A program made the translations under genes and the position numbers. Below, piece by piece: positions 47,919-56,016 of a stretch of DNA of 64,000 nt. The notes beneath the pieces were generated by a model. It was not told the DNA's origin, made no database searches, and saw only the letters and a program-made list of their open reading frames with translations. Position 1 is the first letter of the stretch. The number at the start of each line of letters is the position of its first letter. Source of the DNA: an uncultured Planctomycetales bacterium (lineage in GTDB: Bacteria > Omnitrophota > Gorgyraeia > Zapsychrales > JBDRMG01); contig CAYZIY010000002.1 in assembly GCA_964478715.1 (NCBI GenBank), positions 113,068-177,067 on the forward strand, read 5' to 3'.

Positions 47919-49004
47919 ATGCTTGTAATTTCGATAGCTAATCAAAAAGGCGGATGCGGAAAAACGACCACCGCGATCAATCTGGCCTCATCGCTCTCAA
48001 CCAATGATCGCCGGGTGCTTTTGATTGATCTAGATCCACAGGCACACGCCTCTTTGGGGCTTAATATCGAATCACAGGACAGCATTTATAACGTGATTTC
48101 CAAGCTGTCTCCGCGAAGGATGAAAATCAAAGATATTATCCGCCCTGTCAGAGAAAAATTTGATTTGGTCCCTTCCAACATTCTGGTAGGAACACTCGAG
48201 CAAGAACTGACCGATGAAATTGGCCGGGAAATTAAGCTCACTGAAATTATCGAAACGATCAAAGACAATTATGACTACATCATCATTGACTGTCCGCCTT
48301 CATTGGGTTTTCTTTCGGTAAATGCGATCAGGGCCAGTCAGCAGGTCATCGTTCCTGTAGAACCATCGCGTTTCTCCATGCAGGGTGTGGATCGCCTGAT
48401 GGATATTGTCCATTTGATCCGTGACCGTCTCGGCCATCAAGTGGATTGCAGGGTTTTGATCACGATGTTCGACTCCCGTCTTCGGCATTGTTTTGTCATG
48501 AAAGACCGGATCAATGAGAAATTTCGGGACATGAGTTTTCAATCTATAATTCACATCAATGTCAAACTTAAGGAATCGGTTTTTAACGGGAAGACAGTCA
48601 GCGACTATGATAAATACTGCCGTGGATCTAAAGACTACTACAGTCTGGCCAAGGAATTGATGACATTAAACAACGATACTAAGATCAATGTCCGGCCCTT
48701 ATCGAACAAAATGAAAAAGCTGATCAAGGAAAAGACGAAAGAATTACGTGATACGGTTTTTGTGCTGGAAGCTCCCCAAGCGCGCTCTGTGTATGTCACC
48801 GGTTCTTTCAACGATTGGTCGTTGGATGAAACATTCCGAATGAAGAAAGATAACGGCAAATGGGTGCTGAGAGCTCCCTTGCGAAACGGCGTGCATCGTT
48901 ATCGGTTTATTATCGATGGAAGATGGCAAGAAGATCCCTCTAATTCGAGAATCGAAAAAAATCCTTTTGGAGATTTAAATAGCATTATCGAGGTTAAAGG
49001 ATGA
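47919..49004 (+). CDS. ParA/Soj-type deviant Walker-A ATPase fused to a C-terminal CBM48/AMPK-beta glycogen-binding domain.
   Basis: Deviant Walker A ANQKGGCGKTTTAINLA and ParA-like Walker B IIIDCPPSLG. C-terminal VYVTGSFNDWSLDETFRMKKDNGKWVLRAPLRNGVHRYRFIIDGRWQEDP matches the AMPK1_CBM/CBM48 pattern. Strong RBS AAGGAGG 7 nt before ATG 47919, so the ORF-track start at 47865 is probably an over-extension. Confidence 0.8.
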   Translation: MLVISIANQKGGCGKTTTAINLASSLSTNDRRVLLIDLDPQAHASLGLNIESQDSIYNVISKLSPRRMKIKDIIRPVREKFDLVPSNILVGTLEQELTDEIGREIKLTEIIETIKDNYDYIIIDCPPSLGFLSVNAIRASQQVIVPVEPSRFSMQGVDRLMDIVHLIRDRLGHQVDCRVLITMFDSRLRHCFVMKDRINEKFRDMSFQSIIHINVKLKESVFNGKTVSDYDKYCRGSKDYYSLAKELMTLNNDTKINVRPLSNKMKKLIKEKTKELRDTVFVLEAPQARSVYVTGSFNDWSLDETFRMKKDNGKWVLRAPLRNGVHRYRFIIDGRWQEDPSNSRIEKNPFGDLNSIIEVKG

Positions 49005-49330
49005 CAGCAAATAGGAAATCTAAACCAGAAACCATCAAGGAAGGTAAAATCTTTGCCCTGTTGGCTTATCTGTCGATTTTATGTATCATTCCTCTGGTCC
49101 TTAAAAAAGAAAATGACTTTGTTCTTTCCCATGGGAAGCAAGGGCTTGTTTTATTTATCGGTGAAGTGATTATTTTTATCATTAGCATGGTGCCGTTTCT
49201 CTCCTGGATGCTCAAAACCGGGCTGTTTATCCTTTTTGTCCTTTCCCTGTGGGGCATGATTGAAGTTCTTAAGGGCCGCTACATCAAGCTTCCCATTGTT
49301 GCCGAAATCGCCGAGAAAATAACACTTTAA
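49001..49330 (+). CDS. Small membrane protein (DUF4870-like).
   Basis: KIFALLAYLSILCIIPLV...HGKQGLVL with three TM helices. ATGA-coupled to the ParA stop. Confidence 0.55.
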   Translation: MTANRKSKPETIKEGKIFALLAYLSILCIIPLVLKKENDFVLSHGKQGLVLFIGEVIIFIISMVPFLSWMLKTGLFILFVLSLWGMIEVLKGRYIKLPIVAEIAEKITL

Positions 49331-49351
49331 TTTTCAGGATGGCTACCCAAC

Positions 49352-49978
49352 ATGATTTTCGGACGGCTGATTTCCTCCATTAAAAAACACTTCAAAAAAA
49401 CCCGCAAGAAAACCAGGAAGAAAAAGACTTCCCCGAAGATTAAAAGAAAAAGATTCGTTAAAAAAAAGACGGTTCAGGGCAAACGCAGAACGCGGAAATC
49501 CTCCAAACCTCCAGAAACCGCCGGCCAAAGAAAATCCACAACGAAAAAGAAAAAGCAGACCACCTCTTTATCAGGAAGATCAAAGAAAATTAAAAAGAGG
49601 AAATCATCAAATTCAAGAAAAAAGCAGAGTATCAATAATAAGGGAGCTTTAAAACGAAAAATTACAAAGAAAAAGAAAATTTCCGGAGTTGCTAAAGAAC
49701 CGCAGAGAAAACTTGCGATTTCAGGTGAAAAGCTAATTGGGGAAATTACTCATTATTTTTCGAAAATAAAAGTTTGCGTGATCAAAATGACGGCTGGCAC
49801 GATTGCCCTGAACGATCCATTGCATATCAAGGGAAGCTCAACGGATTTCAGGCAAAAAGTTGGCTCGCTTCAAATTGAAAACTCTGATGTCCGGATTGCC
49901 AAAAAAGAACAGCTGGTCGGCATGAAAGTCAAGCATAAAGTCCGCCAAGGAGATCAGGTCTTTAAGATCGTGTCTTGA
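49352..49978 (+). CDS. Lys/Arg-rich histone-H1-like N-terminal region (about 115 aa) fused to an EF-Tu-domain-2-like beta-barrel.
   Basis: The N-terminus is 45-50% K/R. The C-terminus IGEITHYFSKIKVCVIKMTAGTIALNDPLHIKGSSTDFRQKVGSLQIENSDVRIAKKEQLVGMKVKHKVRQGDQVFKI resembles the stand-alone 'translation elongation factor-like' barrel proteins. Confidence 0.5.
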   Translation: MIFGRLISSIKKHFKKTRKKTRKKKTSPKIKRKRFVKKKTVQGKRRTRKSSKPPETAGQRKSTTKKKKQTTSLSGRSKKIKKRKSSNSRKKQSINNKGALKRKITKKKKISGVAKEPQRKLAISGEKLIGEITHYFSKIKVCVIKMTAGTIALNDPLHIKGSSTDFRQKVGSLQIENSDVRIAKKEQLVGMKVKHKVRQGDQVFKIVS

Positions 49979-50043
49979 TATTGTTGTAACTTGTTGTAAC
50001 TTGACGAAGTTTCCCATTGAGTATTATCGGGAATATGATATAG

Positions 50044-50244
50044 TTGAAGAAAGAGCATGACGGTAAACTCAGGAAACTAGAGACGAATATGCATAGAAAA
50101 AAAGCTCAAAGCACGCTCGATCATCTGCTTTTGGCAACGACCGTTATCGTTGTTCTGGTGGCCTTCACCAAGCTTAACGGGCCTTTTGCCAATAAGGTCG
50201 AAGATGCCCTCAATGCCATTCCGTGGATGATCAACGAAGAATAA
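50044..50244 (+). CDS. Small hypothetical protein with one TM helix (66 aa).
   Basis: ORF with a hydrophobic helix LLLATTVIVVLVAF. Weak support only. Confidence 0.3.
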   Translation: MKKEHDGKLRKLETNMHRKKAQSTLDHLLLATTVIVVLVAFTKLNGPFANKVEDALNAIPWMINEE

Positions 50245-50301
50245 TCGGGCAATTCCAGACTTCATCTCAACTTCAAGCAAATAGACTGTGAAGGTAATTT
50301 T

Positions 50302-50754
50302 ATGACTAAGAAAAATGCTTCGCTTCAGAAATTAAATTCACAAGAAAAACAGTTAATGAAACGTTATCTAGTATGGTGTTACAAAACCACCAGGGAAGAG
50401 CTTGATCTAACGGATCGAAAATTCACCCAGCTGGTGGTTGATCGAGAGATCGATCGCTATCTGCAAAGAGGAAAAGCAAAATTGGCCTCTTTAACAGATA
50501 GGGAAGCGCTCAACCAACACCTCAAGGATTTGAGAATCTATATTGAAGAAAAGCAAAAGAGGGCATGGGAATCTAAATTTCAGGATCCCGCGCAAGGACT
50601 TCTGAAGCCGAAATATGCCTATTTGATATTGCGACTGGAAGCCATCGAAAATACTATCGTTCATTTTTTTAGCAAAAGAGTGCTTAAAGAAATTCAGAGA
50701 CTTTACGAGCAGGAAATGACCGGGCGAATTCTCAAGGCTCGAGAGCATTCATAA
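50302..50754 (+). CDS. Hypothetical protein (150 aa, alpha-helical).
   Basis: ORF with no recognisable motif. Sits between the K-rich gene and the GGDEF gene. Confidence 0.45.
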   Translation: MTKKNASLQKLNSQEKQLMKRYLVWCYKTTREELDLTDRKFTQLVVDREIDRYLQRGKAKLASLTDREALNQHLKDLRIYIEEKQKRAWESKFQDPAQGLLKPKYAYLILRLEAIENTIVHFFSKRVLKEIQRLYEQEMTGRILKAREHS

Positions 50755-50761
50755 ATAGACT

Positions 50762-51652
50762 ATGGCCAATCAGGAAGTTCTCAATCAAAAAGACGGATTA
50801 ACCGGTTATCATACCAAGCAGGGATTATTCGAATATCTCTCTTCGAAGACGCAGTCTGTTTATAACCGCCCCAAGAATCTGGCTGTCATTCTTCTGGATC
50901 TGGATAAATTCAAGCCAATCAATGATACATACGGACATCTTATCGGTGATGATGCGTTGAGGCATTTTTGCATGGCTATTAATAAGGCTTTAAAGGGTAA
51001 ACATTTTGTCGCACGCTACGGTGGCGATGAGTTTGTTATCGTTTGCGATGACGATGCCAGCGGCAAGGAGAGTTTAGAAATTGCCAAACGCGTTAAGACG
51101 ATTCTTAAACGCGAAAAGTTTTTTACGCCTAAGGGGCATATCCGCATTCGTTCTTCGATTGGTATCTCGCATTATCCTGAAGATGCCAAAACTGGCCGCG
51201 GACTTCTCGATAGGGCAGATCAGGCGCTTTATTATGCCAAGCAGCACGGGCGGGATCAGGCTGTCAGCACTCGCAGTCTGCGAAAGTATTCAGCAAAAAA
51301 TAGGTTTTTTAGTCTGGCAAAACTGGCATTGATTTTTGGAATTGTGGCTATTATTTTTCTATCTTATTATCGGACCAATACACTGCGCGGGATTTCGGCA
51401 TATTTTAAAAACCTCTTTCAGCAGACGTCTTTTACAAGACATCAGAAAAAAAGGGGATACAATTTTGCAACACTGAGGTTAAAAGACGGCAAGAAAATAT
51501 CCGGATGGATCATAAGTGAAGACGAGGAAAAAATAACTATGACTATGACAAAACCGGAGTTTCATTTGAATCCCTTACGCATGAAGGTCGCTGCAGAACC
51601 CCTTATCGTACCGAAATCTCAAATCATCGCATCGATAACCGTTTCTAAATAG
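50762..51652 (+). CDS. Diguanylate cyclase (GGDEF). The N-terminal GGDEF domain is followed by a TM helix and a roughly 90-aa C-terminal beta-rich domain.
   Basis: RYGGDEF active-site motif. No obvious I-site RxxD. TM IFGIVAIIFLSYY at residues ~180-200. The C-terminal domain is unassigned. Confidence 0.85.
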   Translation: MANQEVLNQKDGLTGYHTKQGLFEYLSSKTQSVYNRPKNLAVILLDLDKFKPINDTYGHLIGDDALRHFCMAINKALKGKHFVARYGGDEFVIVCDDDASGKESLEIAKRVKTILKREKFFTPKGHIRIRSSIGISHYPEDAKTGRGLLDRADQALYYAKQHGRDQAVSTRSLRKYSAKNRFFSLAKLALIFGIVAIIFLSYYRTNTLRGISAYFKNLFQQTSFTRHQKKRGYNFATLRLKDGKKISGWIISEDEEKITMTMTKPEFHLNPLRMKVAAEPLIVPKSQIIASITVSK

Positions 51653-51657
51653 GGAGA

Positions 51658-51933
51658 CTAGCGCATGCGGGCTCGATCAAGACGCTGCATTTGTTGTTGA
51701 TGACGCAACCGTTCCATTTCCATGCGATGATCCTGCATTTTTCTTTCATGTTCACGACGAGAATCTTCGATAAACTGTTGAGATTGAGAATAAATCTTCG
51801 AGGCTTTTGGCGTGTTCTCTCTATCGGGATCTTCGCGAAAAGATTTTCCGAGATGCGTGATAAAACCAAAGAAGGCTCCGATAAATATCAGAATCAATAA
51901 AACAGCGATAAAAGGGATAATAATTTTACTCAT
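51658..51933 (-). CDS. Small membrane-anchored hypothetical protein (91 aa) with a charged Q/R-rich C-terminus.
   Basis: N-terminal TM IIIPFIAVLLILIFIGAFFGFI. It is the only convincing ORF in this gap. Confidence 0.4.
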   Translation of the reverse strand: MSKIIIPFIAVLLILIFIGAFFGFITHLGKSFREDPDRENTPKASKIYSQSQQFIEDSRREHERKMQDHRMEMERLRHQQQMQRLDRARMR

Positions 51934-52096
51934 ATTTAAAGTATAAACTAAATATCGTCGGAAACAATAAATAATTTGATAAGATCTTCAGCAGAAAAGT
52001 GTGAAGGCGAAATCGAATTTCTGTTGAACAGCTTGGTCATTTGCTGTAAAATAAATCTTCAACGGTAATCAATATTATTAGAAAAGGAGGCGGAAG

Positions 52097-52426
52097 ATGG
52101 GAAAGTCGAAAAAAGGAGTGGACTTTCAGAAAGAATGGCAAAGCATCAGCAAGCTGTTAAATCAGTACGGTAATGAAACTATGAAAGTTGTCAAGCGTGG
52201 AGAAAAAGAATTGATCAGACTCTCCAAAGAAGGAAAATTGAGGATCGATGCTGCTGGTGTCAATGTTAAGCTGGAACAACTCACTTACCAGATCGGTAGA
52301 GAATATATCAAAAGCCGTTTTCCCGGAAAAAAGACAGCCAAATTGACAAAACTTGTCAAAGACTATAAGGATGCCTTGAAGGAAAAGAAGGCCCTGGATA
52401 GTAAAATTAAAAGCGCCAAGAAATAG
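52097..52426 (+). CDS. Hypothetical Lys-rich protein (109 aa).
   Basis: Strong RBS AAGGAGG 6 nt upstream. No motif recognised. Confidence 0.55.
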   Translation: MGKSKKGVDFQKEWQSISKLLNQYGNETMKVVKRGEKELIRLSKEGKLRIDAAGVNVKLEQLTYQIGREYIKSRFPGKKTAKLTKLVKDYKDALKEKKALDSKIKSAKK

Positions 52427-52439
52427 CTGCTTAATCTTT

Positions 52440-53036
52440 ATGAAGCCATATTGCTGTAAACTGTTTATTTCGGCAGTCGGAGCAGGGGTGTTTTTTCTGA
52501 TAGTGTTTGCTTGCTGTCTGGCCGATCAAATTGATATCTATGTTGATGGGCAGAGATATCAAGGAATGGAAGAGTACCGCAAAAAGCTTAATGAGCCGAC
52601 CGGTGAAGCGAAGTCAGGGGGAGGCAATGAGAATAATGCCCCTAACCAAGAAAAAATAGAGACAACTCAAGAAAAGGGAAATCTTCAAGAAATCAAGGCC
52701 ATGATTGACGATCTAATTAAGAAAATTCCTCAAATTGAGCTTGATAGCATACCAAAAGAGGAAATCCAAACTGAAGATCTTGATTTGAGGAAACCAACCT
52801 CGATGGAAAATAGGAGCAAGCCGAAGGATGCTTCCCGTAAAGCAACCATGGGTGTCGAAGATTTTAGGAAAATGATAATGAAAGGGATGGCCGAGCAACA
52901 AAAGTTATCGCCATCTTCGCCGACAAGCGATAAGGCGCCAGCCGATTCCGATTTTGAGGTTCATCCGGAGAATCAAAAAGATCCCTATGTTGATGTTGAT
53001 CCATTTTGGCTTTTTGACGAGAACACCGTTAAGTAG
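52440..53036 (+). CDS. Hypothetical secreted/anchored acidic low-complexity protein.
   Basis: N-terminal hydrophobic segment followed by a Glu/Asp/Lys-rich sequence. Confidence 0.45.
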   Translation: MKPYCCKLFISAVGAGVFFLIVFACCLADQIDIYVDGQRYQGMEEYRKKLNEPTGEAKSGGGNENNAPNQEKIETTQEKGNLQEIKAMIDDLIKKIPQIELDSIPKEEIQTEDLDLRKPTSMENRSKPKDASRKATMGVEDFRKMIMKGMAEQQKLSPSSPTSDKAPADSDFEVHPENQKDPYVDVDPFWLFDENTVK

Positions 53037-53045
53037 GTTGGATTC

Positions 53046-53912
53046 ATGAGGCAACGATTGATCTATGAAGTTTCTCTTAAGGGATCACATCGGAGTCACT
53101 GCTGCAGTGAGATATGTAGAAGTCTCTTTGAAAATTACGGGGTTCCGTCAGAATCCATCGCAGAGCTAAATGCCGGTCAACGATTTAGGATTTCGACTTA
53201 TTTTTATTCGAAAAAAAAGGTCGAACGTCTGCGCCGGCTTGTTAAAAGAAATAGAATTAAAAAAATAATATTTGAAAGCAGAACTCTCAAGCCACGCGAT
53301 TGGCAAGATAAATGGAAAGAAAAATTCCGCAAATTTTCTCTATCCCCAAGCATTGATATTATACCTCAATGGCAGCAAGCTGGCTATCGTACTAAAAAAA
53401 AGATTCCTATTTTCTTACAGCCGGGAAACTCTTTTGGGACCGGACTTCATTCTTCCACTCAGTTGATCGCCGAGCTGATCGAAGAGAAATCAATTCATAT
53501 TGAGAGTTTCTTGGATATTGGTACCGGAACAGGAATTTTGACCATTATTGCCCTGAAGTTGGGTGCTCGAGAAGCCTGGGCTATTGATTTTGACCCATCC
53601 TGCGTTGAATGCGCTCGAAAGAATTTTGAAATCAATCAGTGTTCTGGCGTTACTCTAAGAGAACTCGATTTGGTTCAATTGAAGTCCAGAAAAAAATTTG
53701 ATTTTGTGGCTGCTAACTTAATATCCGAAACCTTGATTAAAAACAGCGCCAAGCTTGTATCTCTGGTGCGCAAAAAGGGATATCTGGCTATTTCAGGAAT
53801 TATTGAAGAAAACCTACCCGATGTCAGAAAGGCTCTTCAGGAATCTTCTCTTGAGAAAGTGAAAATCAAGCGGGACTTAAACTGGTGCGCCTGTTTGTTT
53901 AAGAAATCATAA
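53046..53912 (+). CDS. prmA: Ribosomal protein L11 methyltransferase.
   Basis: FGTGLHSSTQL…DIGTGTGILTIIALKLGA…AIDFDP. Confidence 0.85.
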   Translation: MRQRLIYEVSLKGSHRSHCCSEICRSLFENYGVPSESIAELNAGQRFRISTYFYSKKKVERLRRLVKRNRIKKIIFESRTLKPRDWQDKWKEKFRKFSLSPSIDIIPQWQQAGYRTKKKIPIFLQPGNSFGTGLHSSTQLIAELIEEKSIHIESFLDIGTGTGILTIIALKLGAREAWAIDFDPSCVECARKNFEINQCSGVTLRELDLVQLKSRKKFDFVAANLISETLIKNSAKLVSLVRKKGYLAISGIIEENLPDVRKALQESSLEKVKIKRDLNWCACLFKKS

Positions 53913-53913
53913 T

Positions 53914-54345
53914 ATGATGACGCCTTTAAAGATAACCAAGGAAAAAGAAAAAGCTCTGCTTAAGCGGATGCGGAAACTGGGAATACGCGAAGAAGATTTA
54001 AGGGAGACATTTGTTCGTTCTTCGGGCCCGGGGGGACAGAATGTCAATAAGGTGTCTAGTTGCGTGCAGTTATTGCATGACTTGAGCCAGACCTCAGTGA
54101 AATGTCAGTCTCGACGATCTCAAGTTATCAACAGGTATCTGGCGCGCCAAATGTTATGTGAGCGCCTTGAAAGGAAGCGGGCGCAGAAGTGCGCACAAGA
54201 GAAAGAAAAAAGAGAGAAATTAAGACGGCAGAAACGCAAGCGCTCACCTCAAGCAAGAGAGCTGATGCTTGAGACAAAGAAAAAAAGATCGCAAAAAAAG
54301 AAATTACGAAAGAAAATTAATATCAATAAAATGGATGAATATTAA
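53914..54345 (+). CDS. arfB: Alternative ribosome-rescue factor ArfB (peptidyl-tRNA hydrolase with GGQ motif).
   Basis: SSGPGGQNVNKVSS with a basic C-terminal tail. 143 aa. Confidence 0.85.
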   Translation: MMTPLKITKEKEKALLKRMRKLGIREEDLRETFVRSSGPGGQNVNKVSSCVQLLHDLSQTSVKCQSRRSQVINRYLARQMLCERLERKRAQKCAQEKEKREKLRRQKRKRSPQARELMLETKKKRSQKKKLRKKININKMDEY

Positions 54346-55570
54346 GCGCATGATTTCCGATACTCAGGCCTTAAGATTGATCAGGAAAAATGTACCGCTT
54401 ATGAAAAGCGAACGGTGTCATTTTCTGGATGCTTTGGGCCATGTCCTTTCTCAAGATCTAAAAGCTACCTGCGATTTACCGACATTCAATCGTTCGACCA
54501 TGGACGGATATGCCCTGCGGTTCATTGATAGTCAAAAGGTTTCTTCACAAAGACCTATCTGCTTAAAGATTGTGGACCGTATGACAGCCGGCCGAGTGAG
54601 TCGGCGAAGGCTAGGTTGTAATGAAACAGTTCGGATCACTACCGGGAGCATGATTCCTCAGGGGGCCGATGCCGTGGTGAAGCAGGAAGATGTGGTTGAA
54701 GAGGATGGGGCTATATGTCTTTTAAAGAAAATGACCAAAGGTGAAAACATTGCTCATCGAGCAGAAGATATCAAGAAAAATGAGACGGTTCTCACAAAAG
54801 GACACATCATTACCCCTGCAGTGATTTCCCTTTGCGCGGCTATGGATATAGTTTATCTGTCTGCGTTTAAGCGACCGCAGATTGCTATTATAGCTACCGG
54901 AGATGAGCTGATCGATACGCGAGAGCCGCTTCGGCCCGGAAAAGTCAGAAGCTGCAATCAATATGCTTTGTTATCACAGTTGCGCTCTTGCGGTTTTGAA
55001 GCGATTCTTTTGGGGATTGCGCGCGATAACAGGAGGGACTTAAAGAGAAAAATAGCCTGCGGACTGCGCTATAATGTGCTGTTGATCTCCGGCGGCGTGT
55101 CAGTGGGTCCTCGGGATCTGGTAGGTTCACTTCTGCAGGAATTGGGCGCCAGAAAGATTTTCTGGAAGGTGGCGGTTAAGCCGGGCAAGCCGCTTCTGTT
55201 TGCGAGAAAAAAATCGACAGTCATTTTCGGCTTGCCCGGCAATCCTGTATCAACGATGATATCTTTCATTAAATTCGTTCAGCCGGCGCTTTTAAAAATG
55301 AGCGGGGCCTTGTCTTATCGGCTGCCGCAGGAAAAGGCTGTGCTTGATCATGATCTTCTAGTCGAGCCAGGACGTAAAAAGATTATCCGCGGCTATGTCT
55401 ATGAGGGGCGATCCGGGAAAAAGCGGGTGACCACAAGAGGGCACCAGGGCTCGGGAAATCTTGTTAGTTTGGTTCGGTCCAATTGTTTCTTTGAAATTCC
55501 ACAGAGTGTAAAAAAAGTCAGGAAAGGGCAGAGGGTAGCTGTTACTTATCCCTCATCGATGATTCAGTGA
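54335..55570 (+). CDS. moeA: Molybdopterin molybdotransferase MoeA.
   Basis: MoeA N-terminal and MoCF-biosynthesis domains (…GGVSVGPRD…, LPGNPVS). The ORF-track start 54269 overlaps arfB, and Met at 54335 or 54350 is more likely. Confidence 0.85.
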   Translation: MNIKRMISDTQALRLIRKNVPLMKSERCHFLDALGHVLSQDLKATCDLPTFNRSTMDGYALRFIDSQKVSSQRPICLKIVDRMTAGRVSRRRLGCNETVRITTGSMIPQGADAVVKQEDVVEEDGAICLLKKMTKGENIAHRAEDIKKNETVLTKGHIITPAVISLCAAMDIVYLSAFKRPQIAIIATGDELIDTREPLRPGKVRSCNQYALLSQLRSCGFEAILLGIARDNRRDLKRKIACGLRYNVLLISGGVSVGPRDLVGSLLQELGARKIFWKVAVKPGKPLLFARKKSTVIFGLPGNPVSTMISFIKFVQPALLKMSGALSYRLPQEKAVLDHDLLVEPGRKKIIRGYVYEGRSGKKRVTTRGHQGSGNLVSLVRSNCFFEIPQSVKKVRKGQRVAVTYPSSMIQ

Positions 55571-56016
55571 TGACAAAAAGAGGTCTTGTTAATATATCTT
55601 TAAAAAAGAAAACTTTGCGCCAAGCTGTGGCCGGCATTTCGCTAAAGATGGACAAGAAAGCCTTCACGGTTCTTAAAAAAGGCCACAGAATAAAGGGGGG
55701 TATTCTGCAAACGGCTCAGGTGGCCGGTTTAATGGCTGTGAAATCGACACCGCAAATTATTGCCCACTGTCATCCTATCGCCTTGACCGATATTCAATTT
55801 ACGTTTAAAAAAAATGAGAAGCAGTCAAGGCTGGATATTCGTACCAAAGTTTGCTGCATTGACCGCACCGGCGCTGAGATGGAAGCCCTCTGCGGAGCCA
55901 TGGTTGCCGCATTGACGGTCTACGATATGCTTAAAAAGATCGATGCTAAAATAATTATCAGAGATTTGAAATTGATTGAGAAAACCGGCGGACGAAGTGG
56001 AGTATTTAAAAGATGA
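55567..56016 (+). CDS. moaC: Cyclic pyranopterin monophosphate synthase accessory protein MoaC.
   Basis: KGGILQTAQVAGLMAVKSTPQIIAHCHPI…CGAMVAALTVYDM. Confidence 0.9.
   Translation: MMTKRGLVNISLKKKTLRQAVAGISLKMDKKAFTVLKKGHRIKGGILQTAQVAGLMAVKSTPQIIAHCHPIALTDIQFTFKKNEKQSRLDIRTKVCCIDRTGAEMEALCGAMVAALTVYDMLKKIDAKIIIRDLKLIEKTGGRSGVFKR

Noticed and set aside
49981-50002. 11-bp tandem duplication TTGTTGTAACT x2 after the K-rich gene.
   Set aside because: Only two copies with no further structure. It is most likely a trivial slippage duplication. I noted it but did not promote it to a feature.
51691-51900. 69-aa plus-strand ORF overlapping the minus-strand small membrane protein gene.
   Set aside because: The two are mutually exclusive. 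The minus-strand ORF has a clean N-terminal TM helix and a sensible start, so the plus-strand ORF is judged spurious. Both are low-confidence.
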